From a virus, in the IMG/VR virus record IMGVR_UViG_3300030447_000318: 64,000 bases of DNA. The stretch is one strand, 5' to 3'. Each line of letters begins with the position of its first letter. Position 1 is the first letter of the stretch. Below are positions 58,034-64,000 of this stretch, in pieces. Both the position numbers and the translations under genes were made by a program. The notes beneath the pieces were generated by a model. It had not been told where the DNA came from and made no database searches. It saw nothing but the letters and a program-made list of their open reading frames with translations.

Positions 58034-58527
58034 TCTAAACCTCTTGCCTTATACAATGGAATCCAATGTTCAGCATAGAAATCATAACCAGCTCCATCAA
58101 TTCCGAAGAAGTAACCAAACTCTTCGTTTTCATAAATTCTGAATCCGCACTGAGACATCAATTCAATTCCGTTATCTTCTTCTAACCACCAATCATCACA
58201 ACTATCTCCGAAACTCCACATTGTTCCCCACATTGGAAGATAATCATCGTAATCAACTTCAAAATCGCCATTTTCACATTTGATTTCTTCTCCATTGTCA
58301 AGTGAGATAATATATTCTTCCGTTTCTTCGTCAATGTCTGTGATTTCTCCATAGTCTCCATTATCGAATACATATACTCTGCCATATTTACTTGGCTTTG
58401 TAACTTCTGTCCAATCATCTGGATGATCCTGAAATAACTGTGAAATCATTCCCTGTGGAATTGCATTCATTTCATGTACCCATGCTTCAGTTGCTTCTTT
58501 AATTGTTTTAAATCTACTCATAATCAT
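58006..58527 (-). CDS. acidic hypothetical protein
   Basis: 173 aa, Asp/Glu/Trp-rich. Confidence 0.45.
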   Translation of the reverse strand: MIMSRFKTIKEATEAWVHEMNAIPQGMISQLFQDHPDDWTEVTKPSKYGRVYVFDNGDYGEITDIDEETEEYIISLDNGEEIKCENGDFEVDYDDYLPMWGTMWSFGDSCDDWWLEEDNGIELMSQCGFRIYENEEFGYFFGIDGAGYDFYAEHWIPLYKARGLEWHETETEE

Positions 58528-58638
58528 TTCCTCGCTTTCTTGTAATAAAATAGGCAGCTAGATATTTATTCTCCTAACTGCCTTTGGGTTTTACATTATT
58601 TTGTTTAGTTACTAAGCTTTGAAATCTTAGTTTCTTTG

Positions 58639-59397
58639 TTAAAATAAATCATTCTTTTTTATTTCTTTAAGAACAACATCTCTGTTCTTCAAAGTAATTG
58701 TATATGGTATGCCTCCTCTATATCCAAATATTTTACCAGATTCACGCATTTTTCTGTTGTCTTCTGCTGTAAACCTCCTTCCACTACTAACAACAGATCC
58801 AATTTTGAATAATTCAGAATTAAGTTTCTCCTTTGCATTTGCTTCATTATCAGCTTCTATATTCCTTGTATATGTTTTAATCTCTTCTTCCTTAGTTGAG
58901 CTATCAACATAAGTTTCTGAAATTTCAAATACATATACATTATCATAGGCAGGAATACCTAGTTCCCAACATACAATTTCTTTTGCTTCTGCTTCTGAAA
59001 TTCCTTGTAGGGCTACTCGAAAAGAAATTCTTTCATCCTTTGAAAGCTGTTCATACTTTTCCATTCTTTCTATTTCAAATGGAAATTCATAATCAACCAC
59101 TCTGCCACTATCATAAAGAGCATCAACAGTTGCGTCATCACAAGTAAAAAATGAACCATCAGAGCAAACAAACCAATTTATCTTTCCCTTTCCCTCTACA
59201 TCTTTTACAGTTGCGAAATCTTGATACATTTCTGTTGGACAATCAATCTCTCCAATGTATCTATACTGCAAATCTTCTTTCAGATTTGCAACCCGTCTCT
59301 GTGAATCTTCCTCTATAGCAGAAAATAAATTCTGCCAATCTTTATTACTTAACGCCTCTAACTGTGCCATAATATTTGCCATAATATCATCCTCCAT
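58639..59397 (-). CDS. hypothetical protein
   Basis: 252-aa ORF. A conserved double-hairpin element lies in its upstream region. Confidence 0.45.
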   Translation of the reverse strand: MEDDIMANIMAQLEALSNKDWQNLFSAIEEDSQRRVANLKEDLQYRYIGEIDCPTEMYQDFATVKDVEGKGKINWFVCSDGSFFTCDDATVDALYDSGRVVDYEFPFEIERMEKYEQLSKDERISFRVALQGISEAEAKEIVCWELGIPAYDNVYVFEISETYVDSSTKEEEIKTYTRNIEADNEANAKEKLNSELFKIGSVVSSGRRFTAEDNRKMRESGKIFGYRGGIPYTITLKNRDVVLKEIKKNDLF

Positions 59398-59505
59398 TCA
59401 AATTTAGTTTGTCATCATCAGTATGCAAGTTACTATCTTGCATAGACCGCCTGTAATAAGGCGGTTTCGACTTAATTCTTTGTAATGAAATGCGAATTTA
59501 GTCTG

Positions 59506-59793
59506 CTATAAATATTCAACCAAATCTCTTGCAAGTTCCATATCATTTTTACCTTGTGTGATTCCGACACATGCAGCTTTAAACATATTTAAACTTGCCT
59601 GTTCACTTTCTCTATATCTGTCTATAATAGATTGATGATACTCCTTTTCAACCTCCCTCAATCTGGTATTCTCCTGCCTTAAATATCTATTTTCCATCAC
59701 AATATCAGCAAGTCCCAACACCAATTCTTCTATATCATATCTTTCCATATTTGCCTTCCTTTCTTCTAAATGAAACACGTATTTAATCTGCAT
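59506..59793 (-). CDS. hypothetical protein
   Basis: 95-aa ORF. Confidence 0.4.
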   Translation of the reverse strand: MQIKYVFHLEERKANMERYDIEELVLGLADIVMENRYLRQENTRLREVEKEYHQSIIDRYRESEQASLNMFKAACVGITQGKNDMELARDLVEYL

Positions 59794-60058
59794 AATACAA
59801 CCCCCATTTTACTTCGACAACTTCCCAAGTCCATTCATATTCTCCATCGTAGGATGAAAGATATGCTGTACCGTCATCACTAATTGTTAAATCAATTAAA
59901 TCTTTATCTCCGTCATCTGCATTATTCACTTCTTCTTCATAAGTGTTTTGTGCATCCTTTTCGAGAAATGCATAAGCATCATCCTCATTATCGAATATAT
60001 CATGGCTTGCAATTTCCTTTTCGTGAACCGCATAACAGATTACTAAATATTTTTTCAT
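59783..60058 (-). CDS. acidic hypothetical protein
   Basis: 91-aa ORF. Confidence 0.4.
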   Translation of the reverse strand: MKKYLVICYAVHEKEIASHDIFDNEDDAYAFLEKDAQNTYEEEVNNADDGDKDLIDLTISDDGTAYLSSYDGEYEWTWEVVEVKWGLYYAD

Positions 60059-60096
60059 ATTATCACCTTTGCCTTTCTAAATACTCATACAATTCT

Positions 60097-60381
60097 TTAT
60101 TGTTCGGGTAAACATTCAAATTTAACAACTTCTTCAACAGGTTCTCCCAATCTAAGAAGTTCATTAATACAAGATACAATTTCTCCTGCTTGTACCTGTA
60201 TTGTTCTACAATCTGAGAACATTATTTCCCAAGTTGATGGTGCTGTTACATACGATGTGTCTTTAATTACATCTAATGCAAAATTTAAACCATTTAAATA
60301 TGCCTTATATTCAGCATCGGTTTTATATAATTTTATTTCTTTCTGCATTTCCTGTTTAATTTTGTTTATTATTATTTCCAT
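60097..60381 (-). CDS. hypothetical protein (start MEIIINKIKQ)
   Basis: An internal ATG with RBS aaggaag avoids overlap with the upstream gene. Confidence 0.4.
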   Translation of the reverse strand: MEIIINKIKQEMQKEIKLYKTDAEYKAYLNGLNFALDVIKDTSYVTAPSTWEIMFSDCRTIQVQAGEIVSCINELLRLGEPVEEVVKFECLPEQ

Positions 60382-60415
60382 ATTCAAACTTCCTTTCTTT
60401 GAAATGTTGTTTTCA

Positions 60416-60688
60416 TCAGGCTGTAACATCTTCAAACATATGAAAAATGTAACCAGCTCCAATTCCAATCTCACCATTTTGTTCATCTACAATTTCACTT
60501 AACAAGTCAATCATTTCATTTTGACTTTTAGTTGCATACAAGATATTTTTTACAACTACCCACACAATGAAATATTTACAGTCCCAATAACTATCGTCAC
60601 CATTGTCAAATACAGGTGGGTCTGTAGTAAAATATACTTCATCGTTTAGATTGTTAATTAGTTGCTTTAATTCTCTTTTTATTTTCAT
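60416..60688 (-). CDS. hypothetical protein
   Basis: 90-aa ORF. Confidence 0.4.
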   Translation of the reverse strand: MKIKRELKQLINNLNDEVYFTTDPPVFDNGDDSYWDCKYFIVWVVVKNILYATKSQNEMIDLLSEIVDEQNGEIGIGAGYIFHMFEDVTA

Positions 60689-60711
60689 ATTATTACCTCC
60701 AGATTTTATTT

Positions 60712-60978
60712 TTATAAGTTATTGTATATGTAATTACACATTTCAATAATCTTTTCTCTGTTTGCAGCTTCTCTTTTGCGTTGCATCGCTTCAAAGTGTT
60801 TTTGACTGTGTACAATAGATTTATATACATCTATTGCAATCTTTACAGCACTTAATATTAATAGTGCTATTATCATAAATGTTATTCTTGTGCCAACGCC
60901 ATAAGGCAATAAAAAAGCAACCATAAAAATGATTGCTAAAATTAATTTCTCTTTTTTATTTATGTATAAATGTTTCAT
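60712..60978 (-). CDS. membrane protein (2 TM)
   Basis: 88 aa and hydrophobic. Confidence 0.45.
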   Translation of the reverse strand: MKHLYINKKEKLILAIIFMVAFLLPYGVGTRITFMIIALLILSAVKIAIDVYKSIVHSQKHFEAMQRKREAANREKIIEMCNYIYNNL

Positions 60979-60992
60979 TGTCGTTACCTCCT

Positions 60993-61274
60993 CTATTCTT
61001 CTACACCAAATTCGTTGTTATAAGCATCTACTTCGTCCATTTCTGCTAAAAGTTCCTTTACCTGCTGTACTTCTAATGGAATAATTTTTTCTTCCCAAGT
61101 ATAACCACAAGCATAAACAAAACCATATTCATACAAGAAGTATTCGCCAGTTCTCTTTTTGTATACTTCTTTACAATAATAGCCAAAGTCTGAATGGTTT
61201 GTTGTTGTTTCATTTTTAGCTATTAATTTAGCTGTTTCTGTATTATACATTTTTCCATTAATTATTCTTTTCAT
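60993..61274 (-). CDS. hypothetical protein (start MKRIINGK)
   Basis: RBS taaggagg before the internal ATG. Confidence 0.4.
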   Translation of the reverse strand: MKRIINGKMYNTETAKLIAKNETTTNHSDFGYYCKEVYKKRTGEYFLYEYGFVYACGYTWEEKIIPLEVQQVKELLAEMDEVDAYNNEFGVEE

Positions 61275-61306
61275 AGTATTTTCCTCCTTAATTTTAATTT
61301 CGTTTT

Positions 61307-61612
61307 TTAGTTCCAATAGTACCAATCAATAATATTATTGTTATTGTCTAATACAAGTTCTACAATTACTTCATCCCAGTTATCAGCTGTAAGGTAGAAT
61401 GAGTCGTTGTAAATATACTCATTTCCCTTGCTATCTACAAAATGAATAGCTGGTTTATTGTTTATACACGCAATTGATTTAATTTTTGCGTGTTCGTAAT
61501 GAATAGCTGTTTCCGTTGTAATTGTAGGCGTTGCGTCTGTAGGTGTTAATGATACACCTAGTACAGTTGTTAATGTTAAAATTGCAGTTGTTAAAAGTTT
61601 TTTCGCTTTCAT
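61307..61612 (-). CDS. secreted small protein
   Basis: Signal peptide MKAKKLLTTAILTLTTVLGVSLTPTDA. Confidence 0.45.
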   Translation of the reverse strand: MKAKKLLTTAILTLTTVLGVSLTPTDATPTITTETAIHYEHAKIKSIACINNKPAIHFVDSKGNEYIYNDSFYLTADNWDEVIVELVLDNNNNIIDWYYWN

Positions 61613-61690
61613 AAAGCATACCTCCGTTTCGCTTTTTTTGCATAAAAATAACAGCCACCGTTTGATGACTGTTATTAGTTACTGTTTCTC

Positions 61691-62170
61691 TTATTTATGA
61701 TAAGCTTTATAAATTTCTTCAGCTGTAGCCTTATTTTCCAATAGCTTTTTAATATTTTCCATTTGTTCTGGATTGTTCCAATTCAGGTATATTATTTCCA
61801 CAACATCAGATAAATCATAACCAGTACCTATCCATTCGCATTCAGAATGGCAGGCGTAATTTGGGTGATATTCTTTCGCCCATACATAAGAGCAATATTT
61901 GTAAATGAAATTTAATTCTTCTATGGATATCATTCTATCAAATTTGCTTTCATCTTCATCTAATATCCAATCGGATATAAAAGTCCCGATTGCCATTTTC
62001 TGAGACAAATTTAACGATGAATTGCCTATTGATAATAATATATTATCTGGAATAATGTTAATTGTTTCATCTTCCTCCATATAAAAATAAAGATCAAATA
62101 AAAAACAATAAAGTCCAGGATTATCATCCTTATATTTAGCTATTAATTCTTTTGGGGTTGTAGATAACAT
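61691..62170 (-). CDS. hypothetical protein (start MLSTTPKE)
   Basis: RBS ataggaggagg before the internal ATG. The longest-ORF start would overlap the upstream gene. Confidence 0.4.
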   Translation of the reverse strand: MLSTTPKELIAKYKDDNPGLYCFLFDLYFYMEEDETINIIPDNILLSIGNSSLNLSQKMAIGTFISDWILDEDESKFDRMISIEELNFIYKYCSYVWAKEYHPNYACHSECEWIGTGYDLSDVVEIIYLNWNNPEQMENIKKLLENKATAEEIYKAYHK

Positions 62171-62186
62171 ATAATCCCTCCTCCTA

Positions 62187-62585
62187 TTATTTTTGTAAGT
62201 ATTTTTGAACAAACTTTGGAAGTTCATAATAATAGTAATCATATTCATCCTCAATCTGTTCAGCCTGAATTTCTCCATAGCTAGACCATTCATCTATGGT
62301 AATTCCATATTCTTCGTCTAACCATTCAGCAAATGATAGTTTGCCTTCCTTATTAGGAGTTGGAATGTTTTCAATATCAAAGTTCGTCTCTTCAATATTG
62401 TACCAATCCATTTCCCATTTTCCGTCTTGAAGTTCATAGATACTGACGCATCCATTGCACTCCCAAGTGCTTGTGGCGATGGGATTACCTGTTTCAGTAT
62501 TGACACCGTACCAAAAGCCCTCTTTGAGGGTAAAACCGTAATATTTGGCAGTTTCAAAGTCTGTCATTTCCTTTAATTTAAGCAT
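62187..62585 (-). CDS. hypothetical protein
   Basis: 132-aa ORF with RBS aaggagg. A conserved 5'-UTR hairpin lies upstream. Confidence 0.45.
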   Translation of the reverse strand: MLKLKEMTDFETAKYYGFTLKEGFWYGVNTETGNPIATSTWECNGCVSIYELQDGKWEMDWYNIEETNFDIENIPTPNKEGKLSFAEWLDEEYGITIDEWSSYGEIQAEQIEDEYDYYYYELPKFVQKYLQK

Positions 62586-62738
62586 AATTGCCTCCTTATG
62601 TGAGAGTCCTCACCCCAAATATTTTTATACGCATTTGGGTTGCGTTTATTATGTATGGATATTAGTTTCCCTTTATGTAAAGGTACTTACGGCGAGAACC
62701 ACGAGAAGGTTTCCAACACTCCCACCATAAGGCAAAAA

Positions 62739-62951
62739 TTAATTTGCCTTTTCATCATCTTCATCTTCTGTGTGACGGCGTAATGATACGCCTTTTTTGT
62801 TGATGATTACATCGTATTCACCATCACAAAAGTCCTTCATTAGACCTTCTGTAATGATAGATAGAGGTAAACCATAACTGTTTTTACAACAGTCTTTGAA
62901 TTCTTCAAAAAGCGTTTCTTCTAGGCTTATGTTTACATTTTTTGTTGCCAA
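62739..62951 (-). CDS. hypothetical protein
   Basis: 70-aa ORF. Confidence 0.4.
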   Translation of the reverse strand: MATKNVNISLEETLFEEFKDCCKNSYGLPLSIITEGLMKDFCDGEYDVIINKKGVSLRRHTEDEDDEKAN

Positions 62952-63021
62952 TTAGACCACATCCTTTCAATATGTTTTTCTATTATTTTAACACAGTTTT
63001 AAAATAGTGTCAAAATGTAAA

Positions 63022-63366
63022 TTAAAAGTCTGTAATCCAATCTCCTGTTTCCCAGGCTTCCCAAACTTTCAACAGTTCTTTTCTGTTCGACTCTTTTATT
63101 TGTTGAATAAAGTTGTTAAAATATTCTATTGGTAGTCTAGGAATAATTGGGTGTTTTTCGTGTTCTGTTGGAATCCATTCTTCATCATCTACAGAACGCA
63201 AAGCTATATCTATCCTCCCTTCGCCCACTATTAACTGGTCGGCAAAAATAGATACAGTGCAATTTTTGCATTGATATTTTAAATTTATACCATCACCTTT
63301 AGAAGCTCTCTGAAGTATTATTGTTATTCCTTCAGCATTTAAATCGTTTAAAGATATTTTATTCAT
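63022..63366 (-). CDS. hypothetical protein (start MNKISLND)
   Basis: RBS ctaggagg before the internal ATG. Confidence 0.4.
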   Translation of the reverse strand: MNKISLNDLNAEGITIILQRASKGDGINLKYQCKNCTVSIFADQLIVGEGRIDIALRSVDDEEWIPTEHEKHPIIPRLPIEYFNNFIQQIKESNRKELLKVWEAWETGDWITDF

Positions 63367-63408
63367 TGGTATCCTCCTAGTATTCGTTTTTTTATGACGC
63401 AAACCCTC

Positions 63409-63609
63409 TTACATTATTACACCTTTTTCTTCTAAGCATAACAATAAAAAAGAAAGTGTATTCAAGTTATGGTTTTTCATAGTTGTATACACTTCATAAA
63501 TGGCATCATAATCAGCCTTAAAAGCTTTTTTGATACCATTTAAAAGCATTTCATCTATATTGTTGTTATCAATGTCACAATAAATTATGACAAATTTTTT
63601 AATTGACAT
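63409..63609 (-). CDS. hypothetical protein
   Basis: 66-aa ORF with RBS aaggagg. Preceded by conserved hairpin elements. Confidence 0.4.
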   Translation of the reverse strand: MSIKKFVIIYCDIDNNNIDEMLLNGIKKAFKADYDAIYEVYTTMKNHNLNTLSFLLLCLEEKGVIM

Positions 63610-63741
63610 AATAGCCTCCTTATAGGTAATTCTACCCCTTGCATATTTTTATACGCTTGCAAGTAGCGTTATTTTTTGGCTTGTCATCATCAGTAAACAA
63701 GTAGCCAACTTGTATAGACTAGGCTTTATGCCTAGTTTCGA

Positions 63742-63960
63742 CTATTCGTCATCTTCTAACGGTGTTTCTTTATCAGGTACAATCATACCATCACTATTGA
63801 TTTTTGCTGTACCTACTTCTAGCACAAGATTATTTTTCGCGTATTCAAGTGCTAGTTCGTGCGTTTCAAAAATAATGATGTGCTTTTCAGCTGGCATCAT
63901 ATCTAATACGCACTTTTCAATCTTTATATAGCCGTACACTTCTAGCCCACCTCCTTTCAT
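63742..63960 (-). CDS. hypothetical protein
   Basis: 72-aa ORF. Confidence 0.35.
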   Translation of the reverse strand: MKGGGLEVYGYIKIEKCVLDMMPAEKHIIIFETHELALEYAKNNLVLEVGTAKINSDGMIVPDKETPLEDDE

Positions 63961-64000
63961 TGGACTTTATATAAAAATGTGCACTATAGTTGTATAAATA

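Noticed and set aside
1-64000. A search for a canonical CRISPR array, for cas genes, and for a reverse transcriptase (retron or DGR)
   Set aside because: No block of three or more regularly spaced identical repeats was seen. No Cas12a-sized or RT-like ORF was seen. Only the three solitary repeat units are present.

Overview
This 64-kb window looks like a low-GC (roughly 30% G+C) Firmicutes-type tailed phage or prophage genome. Almost all genes are transcribed on the minus strand, from 64000 towards 1, in tightly tiled operons.

Reading along the minus-strand transcription direction, three regions stand out.

(1) 64000 to about 44000 is an early region of more than 45 small, often acidic or Cys-rich ORFs with no recognisable domains. 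Three stand-alone plus-strand transcription units are embedded in it at about 47.55, 48.53 and 48.99 kb. Each has the architecture: sigma70-like promoter, Cas12a-type (type V-A) crRNA repeat hairpin (ATTTCTACT-NNNN-GTAGAT), a 23-44 nt spacer-like segment, then a rho-independent terminator. These are the most unusual feature of the window. They are candidate phage-encoded solitary repeat units, that is, RNA anti-CRISPRs or hijacking crRNAs.

(2) About 43800 to 36900 is a mixed-strand lysogeny and integration island. It contains a tyrosine integrase, a RepA_N-like initiator, a cI-like S24 repressor, a MazF-family toxin cassette, XRE and RHH regulators with GTGACAT operator repeats, a lipoprotein and a small peptide gene.

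(3) 36900 to 1 holds a sigma-factor-like gene, a DUF262 protein, an SPFH protein with a small TM partner, a tRNA-Gln and a complete replication module. The replication module comprises an SSB-like protein, an AAA_24 ATPase, a DnaB helicase, a Toprim primase, a RecJ-like DHH exonuclease and a DnaE-type PolIII alpha with PHP domain, punctuated by two HNH homing endonucleases. Also here are an ERCC4-like nuclease, an HD hydrolase, a ClpP-family protease split by a +1 frameshift in an A7 run, a P-loop kinase, an Rnl2-like RNA ligase and a macro/PARG-like (TIGR02452-like) protein.

Several conserved hairpin elements with compensatory stem changes occur upstream of early genes. No CRISPR array, rRNA or transposase was seen.

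Coordinates I derived by manual counting may be off by 1-2 nt. Several true start codons lie downstream of the longest-ORF starts in the supplied track, which also allows TTG/GTG starts.
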